DNA of 37,600 nucleotides from a virus (lineage: Duplodnaviria; Caudoviricetes). The first letter of the stretch is position 1, and each line of letters begins with the position of its first letter. Under the pieces are notes generated by a model. That model searched no databases, had not been told where the DNA came from, and saw only the letters and a program-made list of their open reading frames with translations. The stretch is taken from positions 1-37,600 of the IMG/VR virus record IMGVR_UViG_3300020045_001999. One strand, 5' to 3'. Both the position numbers and the translations under genes were made by a program. Of the stretch, positions 1-9,807 are shown piece by piece.

Positions 1-3000
1 CATTTTTACTATATTCTTGTAATTCTTTAAATGTATCTAATAAATTAATTTGAAAATTAATATCAGGATTTTTAGTTTTATTTTGATTTCTAAAATATTC
101 TAAATTTAATTTATATTTATTATATTGATTAGTATTTCTATCAAAAATATTTAATTTATCTGGAAAAAATGCAATTTGATGTTGTTTTTGAAGATGTTTA
201 ATAATAGATTTCATTTCTTCTTCAGAAACCTTAAGTTTTTTAACTAAATTATCAAATACTTTATTATAAGGTTCATTTATTTTTTCTAATTCACTATTAT
301 AAGTATTATTATCAATTTCATTAGAATCTAATTGACTTTGTAATTTGTCTTTTTTCCAATCAATATCTAATTTTTTATAATAATCTTTATAAATATTTCC
401 TAATTTAATATCATAAGTTTCATCTTTATTTAAAGCATCTATTACAATTTGTTTTTTTAATAATTCAATTTCATTACCAGTATCTTTTTTATTTGTTAAA
501 CTTTCTTTAGATTTTTGAAAATCAATATATTGTTTAATAATAGGATTTGCTAAAAAATTTACAACATATAAAGGATGTGTACCAATACGTAATAACATAT
601 TACCTACATTAGTAGTAGACATAGTCCAATTACCTTTAGATATATATGGATCTTTTGCAATATCCACAAATGCATTAAGAATAGCAGTTAATGAATCACC
701 AATTTTAACTTTCTTTAATTCAGATTTAAATTTATTAATATCTTCTTGAGAAGTACCTGGTTTAATCATTTCAGAAATATAATAATTTAAATCTTCATCA
801 GATAATTCTTCAGAAAATTCTTTATCAAATTTAGATTCTTTAGTGTCTGTATGATGACCCCATAATATATTTGTGACGTTATTTAAAGATAATTGTCCTT
901 CTCTACTAATATCAACCATTGCATTGGCTTCTTGACCAACACCAGCTTTACCGCCTAAAAAAGAATATCTTAATTTAGTATCTATTTCAGGATCAAACGA
1001 ATTCATAAATACAGTTGATTGTTCAGGATATAAAGCATTTAATTCTTTTTCAATAAAATCTATATCAATAGGTTTCATCACTGAAGAATACACATCAGGA
1101 TTTGTTAATACAGATTTATATAATTCAATTAATCTGTTTTGTAAACCTTTTTTAGTAATATTTTTAGAATCATATTTATCATATTCTAAACGTTTAGTTT
1201 CTTTATTTAAACTAAATGATGAAAACATCATATACATTTTATCAACGTCAAAATCTGAACCTGTTTTAGTTGTAATACCTGTATAAGCAACAACAGTATC
1301 TCCAGAAGCTTCTGGTAATATTCCTACAATACGTAATGAATCATTAGAAGCTAAACCTTGATTTGGAATACGATAACCTATAATATTTTCAAGTATATTT
1401 TTATCTATAACACCTTCAATATAATTACCATTTTCATCTGTATGACCAAATAATTCTTTATCTGTATATTTTCTCCAATTAGGTATTTTCTTTGCTAAAA
1501 ATGCACCTGAGATCAATATACTACCAGGTATAACAGTTTTACGACCTGTTTCAGGATGTGTGTAAATAGTAGGTTCTGATGTAGTATTTTCAGCATCAGG
1601 ATTCCATCTTACACCTTGTGCTTCTGCTTCAGATTTATTTAAACCAAAATTAGACATTTGAATAAATGAACCTCCATTAGTTTGAATTTTAATCAATCTA
1701 CTGTTCATTACTGAAGCAAAAATATTATATATTTTACCAGCAGATTGAGGAATACCTACAATAGTTGTTTCAGCATTTAATGCTTTAATTACATTTTCTG
1801 AACCACCACGTTTTTTTAATTCTACAATAAGTGATTTATAAAAACCAGATATATTTCCAATTTTAAAATCTTCACTAATTTTAAATTCTTTTTTAAGAGA
1901 TTCTAAACCTTCATTTGTAAGTCCTGTAACAGTTTTAACTATTTCATTAATAACATGTTGTCCTGATACATATTCCTTACCTAAAAAGAAATTTTCATTA
2001 ACCTTATTATGTATAAGACCTTGAAATATATTTTTTTGAATTTGACTACCTACAGCTAAATCTTTAAAGGTTTTAGTAGGTAAATCTTGTTGTAATTTCC
2101 AACCTCTATTATATAATGTTTGAGAATTTAATTGAAAATCATTTAAAATATTACCATCTTCATCATGTATTTTAGTAGGTTCAATAGATCCAACTTTAAC
2201 ACCATCAAAAGTAATGACTTCATCTATTTTATCAGAAATCATTTTATCATGTAATTTTTCTAAATCAGAATCTTTAACTAATGCTTGAGATAATACCGCT
2301 TGAGAATATTTTAAATATACAGGTTTACCTTGTTTATCTCTATAAAAATAAACACCTTTTAATGGTTGTGCAGCAAGTTTTAATTCTTTTTCAGTATAAA
2401 ACATTTCTTTACCAGAATTATCCATCATTTTATGATAAACACTTTCATGACTATCTGCACCAGTAGTCCATTTACCTAAAGCTTTAATTAAAAATTTCCA
2501 ACGTTGAGGTGTAATCCAAGCTTGAGCATCTGCACTATTTATATTAGAATAAGGTTTAGCACCATCTTTACCTAAACTTTCTACAAGTTTATCATAAAAA
2601 GGTGATTTACGCATTATACTTTGAATAGTTGCTATTTTAAATGTTTCGTTCCATTCATTTACTCTAAGTTGTAAGCCATCAGTATATGTAGCAGGTACAC
2701 GTTTTTTGTAATCAACCATGTTTTTATAATACGCTACATCACCACTAAACATTTTAGAAAATTCAATATTGTTTATCAATCCATTTACCATAAAATCAGA
2801 TGCTATTGCATAAGCTTTTTGTAATTCAGATATATTTCTATATTGTGTTTCTAATATTTTAGTATCTACTTTATTAGGTATAATTTGATCTTTTTCATTA
2901 CGTTTTAAAATATCAGATTCTTGTAAATAATTTAATGTTTGAATCCATCTTTTATGTAAATTTTCTTCTAAATATTGATCAAATAATTCATCTAATTCAG

Positions 3001-5299
3001 GATTTAAACCTTTTTCAAATTTTTGAAAATTTAATACACCATCTGTATATAATAATTCTATAATTTGCTTTTCTAAATCTGTTTGATTTTTAGAACCTAC
3101 ATTTAATTTTTCAAAATATTGTGATTTAAAAGCATTACCTGATTTATCATAGATATTATTAGTACCATATTTATAATGATAATGAGGTGTTAATTTATTT
3201 TCTTTAGAATTTTGTTGAGCTAATTCAACTTCATTTTGAGCTTCTAATTGTCTATTTAATTCAGAATAAAAGTAATCTTTAAAAATAGATTTAACTTTTT
3301 TAGTTAATTGTAATTGACCTTCTTTAATACCATTATAAGAAGCTACGTTTAATCCAAATTTTAATTGTAAATCTGTTGTTTTATCTGCAGGAGTTGTTGT
3401 TCTTGTAAAATCACCACTAATAACTTTATTTATATAATCAATCATATAATCATTATATGATAAACTTGTAGTAGTTTCATATTTACTATTAGAAGTCATT
3501 TGATTTAAAATACCTAAATCAATTTTATCTAATAATTTACGAGAAGCTTCAACTTGTTGTTCTTTATTAGAATATTCAATTTTATTACCATTAGTATCAA
3601 TTGAACCTGACAATACACCAATATAATATGAACCTAATGTATATTGACAAGATTTATATAATCTAATTAATAATTCAGGTTTTCTTTTCCATTGTTTTAC
3701 TGTAGTTGATAAATATGACGGATATGAATAAATCCATTTTTGTTTACCACCAGTTAATATAGTTGCATCAGAACCTTCCGATAACATATAGGCTTCAGTT
3801 CCAGCTAATTTACTAAATGTTTGAGATAAATTAATAAAACTATCATAATCTTTAGAAATATTTTCATATTTAGATTTAATACCTTTTACAACATATTCAG
3901 TTTGTTCAACTAATGTTTGTAAATTATTAATCATATCTTCTAAAGATATTTCTTTACCATAATTATCTAAAAATATTTGTAAACCTTCTTCTGTAGTTTC
4001 TACACCTAAAGCTTTTAAATAATCTTTAGTTTCATTAACTAATATTTCAAATTGATTTTGTTCTTTTTCTGTAGATTCAACTTTAACATTTTTTTTAAGT
4101 TGTTCGATTTTTAAACTTAATTTTTTAAGTAAATCAGAAGCATTATTTAATCTAACTAAAGAACCTTCTTTTAAAGTGTTATTAGATGTTAAAAAATTAT
4201 TTTGAAAATTTTCATCCCATTGATCTTTAATAGTTTTACTTTTAGAACCTGTATCAGATATTTGAAGTGTTTTATGTGTAACATTACCTTTAGAATCAAT
4301 ATTATATTGTGTTACAATATGATTGTTTTTAATAAGATTAAATGCTTGACTAAATTCACTTTTTTGATTTTCTGTAATAGTAGGACTATTTAAATAATTA
4401 TGTAATTCAGTAAGAAAAGGTTTTTTAGATAATATTCGATTTAAAGCATCTTTATGTAAATTAAATATATCTTCACCAGGTAAAGCTATTTCTTCACATA
4501 AAACACCTTGTAATGCAGAATAAACCATATCTCTATTCATAAAAGTAGGTTCATTCCATATAGGATCTAAATTATCTTTATCTTCAAGTAAACTTAATCT
4601 TAATTTAACATTTGTACTAACACTTTTCTTAGTACTTCTTTCTGCTGAATGTTGATTAAATACTGGATCTTTACCTTCTTCTTCTAAAAGCTCTACATCA
4701 CCTTCTTCATCTTCAACTATTTCAAGATTCATTTCTTTAAAAAATGTTTCTACATTTTCAACTAATTCATCTAAATAATTTAAAGAATCTTCTAAGGTTA
4801 ATGCTGAAAAATATTCACCTTCTTCTTCTAAAGATTTAATTTTATCTTGAATTTCTTTAACAATAAAGTTTTTTAAATTAGGTAAAGATTTAGATTCATC
4901 AAAATTAATATTATTAAAATCTAATCCTGATTTTTTAAAATATGTTAATGCTAATCTAGATTTAATTTTATTAATTTGATCATAATTCCATATAGAACGT
5001 AAACCTCTATTTACTAAAGGAAAATAAACTTTTTCATTATCTTTATTTAAATAATAATATTTTTTAGCTGTTTCATTATAAAACAACTTAGGTTCACCAT
5101 TTTCATCAGTTCTATCAGATAAAACTTTATTTTCATAATCATTTACAAAATCACCAAAATCTTTTTTAAACAACTCACTTTTAAAATGACTAAACATTTC
5201 ATCAGCAAGTTGTTCATTTTCTTTAGCTAATTTTGTATAGATTGTATCAAATAATATTGATTCAGCGTTACCTGTTATTGATATTCTTGTACATGCCAT
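1..5299 (-). CDS. Virion-packaged RNA polymerase (phi14:2 gp66-like), 3' end outside the window, >1766 aa
   Basis: Not in the ORF track because no stop lies in the window. Manual translation from ATG 5299 gives MACTRISITGNAESILFD. Spot checks are in the same frame: DAQAWITPQRW (~2500-2530), GYRIPNQGLAS (~1350-1380), catalytic GSDFDVDK (DFDVD at 1241-1255, residues ~1349-1353) and the left-edge codons. phi14:2 gp66 has DFDID at a similar position. Not every codon was checked for stops. Confidence 0.92.
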   Translation of the reverse strand, partial: MACTRISITGNAESILFDTIYTKLAKENEQLADEMFSHFKSELFKKDFGDFVNDYENKVLSDRTDENGEPKLFYNETAKKYYYLNKDNEKVYFPLVNRGLRSIWNYDQINKIKSRLALTYFKKSGLDFNNINFDESKSLPNLKNFIVKEIQDKIKSLEEEGEYFSALTLEDSLNYLDELVENVETFFKEMNLEIVEDEEGDVELLEEEGKDPVFNQHSAERSTKKSVSTNVKLRLSLLEDKDNLDPIWNEPTFMNRDMVYSALQGVLCEEIALPGEDIFNLHKDALNRILSKKPFLTELHNYLNSPTITENQKSEFSQAFNLIKNNHIVTQYNIDSKGNVTHKTLQISDTGSKSKTIKDQWDENFQNNFLTSNNTLKEGSLVRLNNASDLLKKLSLKIEQLKKNVKVESTEKEQNQFEILVNETKDYLKALGVETTEEGLQIFLDNYGKEISLEDMINNLQTLVEQTEYVVKGIKSKYENISKDYDSFINLSQTFSKLAGTEAYMLSEGSDATILTGGKQKWIYSYPSYLSTTVKQWKRKPELLIRLYKSCQYTLGSYYIGVLSGSIDTNGNKIEYSNKEQQVEASRKLLDKIDLGILNQMTSNSKYETTTSLSYNDYMIDYINKVISGDFTRTTTPADKTTDLQLKFGLNVASYNGIKEGQLQLTKKVKSIFKDYFYSELNRQLEAQNEVELAQQNSKENKLTPHYHYKYGTNNIYDKSGNAFKSQYFEKLNVGSKNQTDLEKQIIELLYTDGVLNFQKFEKGLNPELDELFDQYLEENLHKRWIQTLNYLQESDILKRNEKDQIIPNKVDTKILETQYRNISELQKAYAIASDFMVNGLINNIEFSKMFSGDVAYYKNMVDYKKRVPATYTDGLQLRVNEWNETFKIATIQSIMRKSPFYDKLVESLGKDGAKPYSNINSADAQAWITPQRWKFLIKALGKWTTGADSHESVYHKMMDNSGKEMFYTEKELKLAAQPLKGVYFYRDKQGKPVYLKYSQAVLSQALVKDSDLEKLHDKMISDKIDEVITFDGVKVGSIEPTKIHDEDGNILNDFQLNSQTLYNRGWKLQQDLPTKTFKDLAVGSQIQKNIFQGLIHNKVNENFFLGKEYVSGQHVINEIVKTVTGLTNEGLESLKKEFKISEDFKIGNISGFYKSLIVELKKRGGSENVIKALNAETTIVGIPQSAGKIYNIFASVMNSRLIKIQTNGGSFIQMSNFGLNKSEAEAQGVRWNPDAENTTSEPTIYTHPETGRKTVIPGSILISGAFLAKKIPNWRKYTDKELFGHTDENGNYIEGVIDKNILENIIGYRIPNQGLASNDSLRIVGILPEASGDTVVAYTGITTKTGSDFDVDKMYMMFSSFSLNKETKRLEYDKYDSKNITKKGLQNRLIELYKSVLTNPDVYSSVMKPIDIDFIEKELNALYPEQSTVFMNSFDPEIDTKLRYSFLGGKAGVGQEANAMVDISREGQLSLNNVTNILWGHHTDTKESKFDKEFSEELSDEDLNYYISEMIKPGTSQEDINKFKSELKKVKIGDSLTAILNAFVDIAKDPYISKGNWTMSTTNVGNMLLRIGTHPLYVVNFLANPIIKQYIDFQKSKESLTNKKDTGNEIELLKKQIVIDALNKDETYDIKLGNIYKDYYKKLDIDWKKDKLQSQLDSNEIDNNTYNSELEKINEPYNKVFDNLVKKLKVSEEEMKSIIKHLQKQHQIAFFPDKLNIFDRNTNQYNKYKLNLEYFRNQNKTKNPDINFQINLLDTFKELQEYSKN

Positions 5300-5314
5300 A
5301 TTTTATATTTTATA

Positions 5315-5346
5315 CAAATATACGAAATTAATTTGATATAAACAAA
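5315..5346 (-). promoter_or_regulatory. Bacteroidota primary-sigma (-33/-7) promoter for the vRNAP gene
   Basis: Minus strand TTTG-N20-TATATTTG matches the consensus TTTG-N19-21-TAnnTTTG and lies 15 nt upstream of the ATG. Confidence 0.85.
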
Positions 5347-8300
5347 TTAAAATCCACATATTTTTTTAATTTCTTTTTGTGAAGTTTCGTTATCTTTAAG
5401 TTCTTTATATAATTCATTAAAACTATTCTCCATATCTTTAGGATTAACTTTATCTGTCATACCTAATTGCTTAGCTGTAACCATTACAATTCTAGCTTTA
5501 GTTTTAGCATCTGAAGTTTTAAATATATCTTGAAGATTATCAGATTTAAGTATTTGAGTTGGTTTTGAATTATTTTTTTTAACCCATGTAAAATTAGAAG
5601 GATTAGATTCATTCCAAGCAACAATTTCATTATTATCTAAAATTAATCTAAATTGACCTTTTTTAATTTTATTAATATTTACAGAAATAACTTTTCCTTT
5701 TATTAATTCCTTAGTTGTGGGTTCTTTAGCTGTAATTTCTTTCCCTATTAATTCGTGCTCTATATCTTGTTGAGGTATAACTTCTGGTGGAGTTATTGGT
5801 ATAATGGTTTGAACAACATCATCACCAAATTGACCTTGTAAAGAAGCTAATAAATCTTCAGGATTTTCATAGTTAATTTCTTCAATGCTTTCAGATTTAA
5901 CTTCTTTTTTAGCTTTAGTATTGTTAACAGATTGATTTAAATAAATATTTGAATAACCTTGAAATGTTGGTTCATTAACTATAGCATTAGTTGTTAATAC
6001 AGAATAATCTGAATTTAAACCTAATAAATATTTAATATAATCATCATTATTAAATGTAGCAGTATTATCTTTAGTAATTAAAACGTTATGTCTTTTATAT
6101 TTAAGATATTCTACAATAGCTTGTTTTTGATTATCATTTAAATTATTTAAAGTATCTGTAGTATATGTATAACTTTCTAACTGACCACTCCATTCAGGAA
6201 TTTGAACATTAACTTTATGTAATAATTCACCTAAAGCTAAAGTACCATCTTTACCTAATATTAATTTAGTTTTAGCGTTTGTATTTTGAGAATAAACTAC
6301 AAAATTAACAAGTCTTTCTAAAGTAATATCTATTGAATCATTGTTACGTTTAATAAATTCAAATTCAGTTTTTAAATTTGGTAAATTATTGTTTATATAA
6401 GACTCTAATTCTTCAGATGTAAATTCTTGTTGTTTATTTAAAACATTGGAACGTAGTATAATTAAATCTAATACAGATTCTGCTTTTTCTTGAGTTAATC
6501 TGTTAATATTTAATTTAAGATAAAACATTTCACCATTAATCATTGGTATTTTTAAAAATACTTCACCTTTATTATTAGCAGATAGTGACTTAGTTTCATC
6601 TGTTACATCATTTGATGTATATTTAACTTCACCTTTGTTACTAACATAAACAGTATTCTTTTTAAAATATTTAATTTTATCATCTTCAGACATATCTTTA
6701 AATACATCTAAATCTAATATATTAGAATTTTGTTCACCTAATTTAAGCTCTCCTGTAAACTGTTTATTTACTTTACCTTCTATACCATTAAAGTCACCTT
6801 TATTTTCAATTAAAGCACTTACAATAGCTTTACGAAGAGGTAATGTTTCAACTTCAACAATTTTATTTGATTTAGATGTCATTGAATCTATAAAAGATGA
6901 TGCTGATTTAGTACCATTAGATAAAGTAACTTTAATAGGTAAATAATCTTCTAAATATTTAATTTCATCTTTAGTTAAATTTTCATTTTTTTTAAGTCTT
7001 TCAAAAATAGCATTCGCAGTAAATGACAAATCTTTTGAATTTACATCACCTAAACTAAAAGTAACTTTATCATTAGTTTTATTTCTAGATTCTTTTTCAT
7101 ATTTAACAAATTCTTTTAATTTATCAAATAATGGTTCACCAGTTTCTTGATTTGTACTAATAATTCTAGAAGCTCCTTGATTTTTAGAAACATTTAAAGG
7201 ATTAGTTCTTTCATCTAATTCTATAACTTTATTTGGATTTTCATCAAAAATATTATCATCACTATTAACTTCAGCAATATCAGATGTTTGTAATGTTTTT
7301 AATCCATTTTTTAAAATTTGATCACCAATTGATTCTTTTGTTTCAGGTTTTGTTTCAGTTCCAATAAATGAATCATTTTCAAATTTTTGTTTATCTTTTT
7401 CAAAATTTTCAACACGTTTAATTTCTTCTTGAATTCTTTTTTGTTCATTTAATAGTTTTAAATGATCATCTAATACTTCTTGAATATGGATATTTTCTTT
7501 AAATTCTTGAGGTAATTTTTTAACATATTTTAAAAGATCTTCTTTACTTTTAATAGATTTAATTTGACTTACAACATCTTCATGTTTTTGAACATTTTCT
7601 TCAGAAGTTAATTCTTCTAACTTAATATCTTCTTCAACATATTCATTAAAATATTCATCAATTAATTTACTTTGCCAAATATCAGAAATATCTTTTTTAG
7701 CTTTTTCAATTGAAGATGTTTTTTCATTTATATCCTCTAATGTTTTAACTAATAATGGACTTTTGTTTTTATAATCTTGTAATAATCTACCATTATCTAA
7801 TATATTATCACTATTTAAATTAGGATTTATATTTAGTTCTTCTAAAAGTTTAGTTTTTTTATCTTCTAATTCTTTTAAAGATTTTTCATTTTGTCTTAAT
7901 TCATGTTTAACATTTAAATAAGAAGCGTTTAATTTATTTAAAAATTCTTGTTTTTGTTCAGGTGTAGCTTTATTGCTTTTTAATTCGATTATATCTTTAC
8001 TAAAATCTTGAAATTTTTGATTTTCTTTTTGAAGATATTTTGCAGTTTCTAAAGTTTCTTTTATAAATGTTTTAGATTTATCTTTTTCATCTGCAGTTTT
8101 ATCTTTTTCAACAATTTCATTAAATTTAGAATCTTCATTTAATTTTTGTTCTAAAGCTTGAATACCCATTTCACCATTATGAATAGATGGTAAAATCATA
8201 TTGAATATAGCTTGTTGTTTTAATTGTTCTACTACTTGAGTATTTCCAGTTTGAACAGCTAAATCAAATAAATTAGATTGTTGTTCTGTAAAATTTAAAG

Positions 8301-9807
8301 CTCTTGCAACTTCTACTACTTTTTTATTATCTAATATTCTTTCAGTAGAATTTTCTTTAAATAAAAAATTACCATTACCATCTTTTTTATATATTTCAGT
8401 ATCAAAAGTATCGTTGAAATGAGTTATTTGACTTTGAATACCATCTAAAACAGTATTAGCTTGTTTTCTATTTTCAACATCACTTTTTCTACCTTGATAT
8501 GACATCATTGGTCCACCTAAAACACCTCCTAAAAATATAGCTTTCTGACCATCTGTTGTAGATAATGTATTAACATATTCTTTTGTAAATTCACCAATAC
8601 TAAAATCATTATTTTTACCAAGTTCTTTATTTAAAGCTTTATCTACAAACATTTTTTCAATGGTAGTTTGAGAACCTTCTTCAAAAAATCCTTCTGAGGC
8701 AAAAGCTTTACCTACTCTATTTAAAGAATTACCTGTTCTTTTTAATAAACTTTCTTCAGTTTCTTTAACAAATGTTTTACCTGCTTTACCCCAAATAGCT
8801 TTATGCATTATTGCGTTTGGTCCTAAAAGAACACCAACATTACTTACAAATGTATCACGCATTGCTAAAGCTCGTTGCTCTTTAAATATTTCTTCAGCTT
8901 TTAATGATGCATTTTTAGATAATTCATTATATTGTTCAATAGTTATTTGACCATTTCTTCTTTGATTATCTAAATCTGCTAATATTTTTAAAGATTCTTT
9001 TTGTATAAACTCATCTTTTTTTCCATCTAAACTATCACCAACACCTTTAGCTTCTGCTCCTGCTTCAAATATTGTATTACCCATAACAGCTAAACCACTA
9101 TCAATATTTTTACCAGTAATACCCATATATTTTAAAGCAGATACTCCAGCTTCAGTTTTTTCAACCATTCCTGCATATTTTGCAGATTTTGATAAACCAT
9201 TAATTAATTTACCACCAAGTCCAGCATATTCAAAAATAGCTCCAGGTACAAACATTGCAGCAATGAATCCAACACCATCAGCACCGTCTGTAGCCCAAAA
9301 TGAAGTAGAAGATATGTTATCCCATAAATTACCTTCTTTTACAGCTTTAGCGGTATAAACAGGAAGTAATTCTGTATTAATATCTTTATTTAAATTATCA
9401 AAAGTTCTTATCCACGCATTGTTAAATGCCATATCCATACCTTCACCATCTTCAACAAATGGCGATGCTAATATACCACCAATAACTCCAGGAAGTTTAG
9501 CAACTTCAGTTAATGCTTTTGAAGTTGCTCTAACAGCTCCTAAGCCTAATTGTGCTATTCCAGATTGTTCATTTGCACGATGTTCATTAATAGAACCTAA
9601 AGGATCGTTTTCATCAAAACTAGCATCAAAATTAAACCCTTTATCATATTTAGATTTTCCATATCCAGTATTATAAAAACTTCTATTATTAGAGGCTTGA
9701 GTATATTCTCTAAAAGGTCTTTGTTTTGGTTGTGATGTTATACTTCTAAATGTCTTTTTTTGTACTGGTCCAGGCGATGAATTTGAATTTATATCTTCTT
9801 CTTCCAT
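5347..9807 (-). CDS. Large virion cargo/ejection protein (1486 aa) next to the vRNAP
   Basis: Gly/Ala-rich hydrophobic N-terminal segments (GVGFIAAMFVPGAIF, AIFLGGVLGG), an EGFFEEGSQ motif and a long coiled coil. It sits between the cargo genes and vRNAP as in crAss-like phages. Confidence 0.7.
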   Translation of the reverse strand: MEEEDINSNSSPGPVQKKTFRSITSQPKQRPFREYTQASNNRSFYNTGYGKSKYDKGFNFDASFDENDPLGSINEHRANEQSGIAQLGLGAVRATSKALTEVAKLPGVIGGILASPFVEDGEGMDMAFNNAWIRTFDNLNKDINTELLPVYTAKAVKEGNLWDNISSTSFWATDGADGVGFIAAMFVPGAIFEYAGLGGKLINGLSKSAKYAGMVEKTEAGVSALKYMGITGKNIDSGLAVMGNTIFEAGAEAKGVGDSLDGKKDEFIQKESLKILADLDNQRRNGQITIEQYNELSKNASLKAEEIFKEQRALAMRDTFVSNVGVLLGPNAIMHKAIWGKAGKTFVKETEESLLKRTGNSLNRVGKAFASEGFFEEGSQTTIEKMFVDKALNKELGKNNDFSIGEFTKEYVNTLSTTDGQKAIFLGGVLGGPMMSYQGRKSDVENRKQANTVLDGIQSQITHFNDTFDTEIYKKDGNGNFLFKENSTERILDNKKVVEVARALNFTEQQSNLFDLAVQTGNTQVVEQLKQQAIFNMILPSIHNGEMGIQALEQKLNEDSKFNEIVEKDKTADEKDKSKTFIKETLETAKYLQKENQKFQDFSKDIIELKSNKATPEQKQEFLNKLNASYLNVKHELRQNEKSLKELEDKKTKLLEELNINPNLNSDNILDNGRLLQDYKNKSPLLVKTLEDINEKTSSIEKAKKDISDIWQSKLIDEYFNEYVEEDIKLEELTSEENVQKHEDVVSQIKSIKSKEDLLKYVKKLPQEFKENIHIQEVLDDHLKLLNEQKRIQEEIKRVENFEKDKQKFENDSFIGTETKPETKESIGDQILKNGLKTLQTSDIAEVNSDDNIFDENPNKVIELDERTNPLNVSKNQGASRIISTNQETGEPLFDKLKEFVKYEKESRNKTNDKVTFSLGDVNSKDLSFTANAIFERLKKNENLTKDEIKYLEDYLPIKVTLSNGTKSASSFIDSMTSKSNKIVEVETLPLRKAIVSALIENKGDFNGIEGKVNKQFTGELKLGEQNSNILDLDVFKDMSEDDKIKYFKKNTVYVSNKGEVKYTSNDVTDETKSLSANNKGEVFLKIPMINGEMFYLKLNINRLTQEKAESVLDLIILRSNVLNKQQEFTSEELESYINNNLPNLKTEFEFIKRNNDSIDITLERLVNFVVYSQNTNAKTKLILGKDGTLALGELLHKVNVQIPEWSGQLESYTYTTDTLNNLNDNQKQAIVEYLKYKRHNVLITKDNTATFNNDDYIKYLLGLNSDYSVLTTNAIVNEPTFQGYSNIYLNQSVNNTKAKKEVKSESIEEINYENPEDLLASLQGQFGDDVVQTIIPITPPEVIPQQDIEHELIGKEITAKEPTTKELIKGKVISVNINKIKKGQFRLILDNNEIVAWNESNPSNFTWVKKNNSKPTQILKSDNLQDIFKTSDAKTKARIVMVTAKQLGMTDKVNPKDMENSFNELYKELKDNETSQKEIKKICGF

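Noticed and set aside
2281-4393. Plus-strand ORFs 2281-2466 and 4202-4393
   Set aside because: Short antisense shadows inside the vRNAP gene with no recognisable motifs.
9419-9676. Plus-strand 85-aa ORF
   Set aside because: Antisense to a Gly/Ala-rich part of the cargo gene; a codon-mirror artefact.
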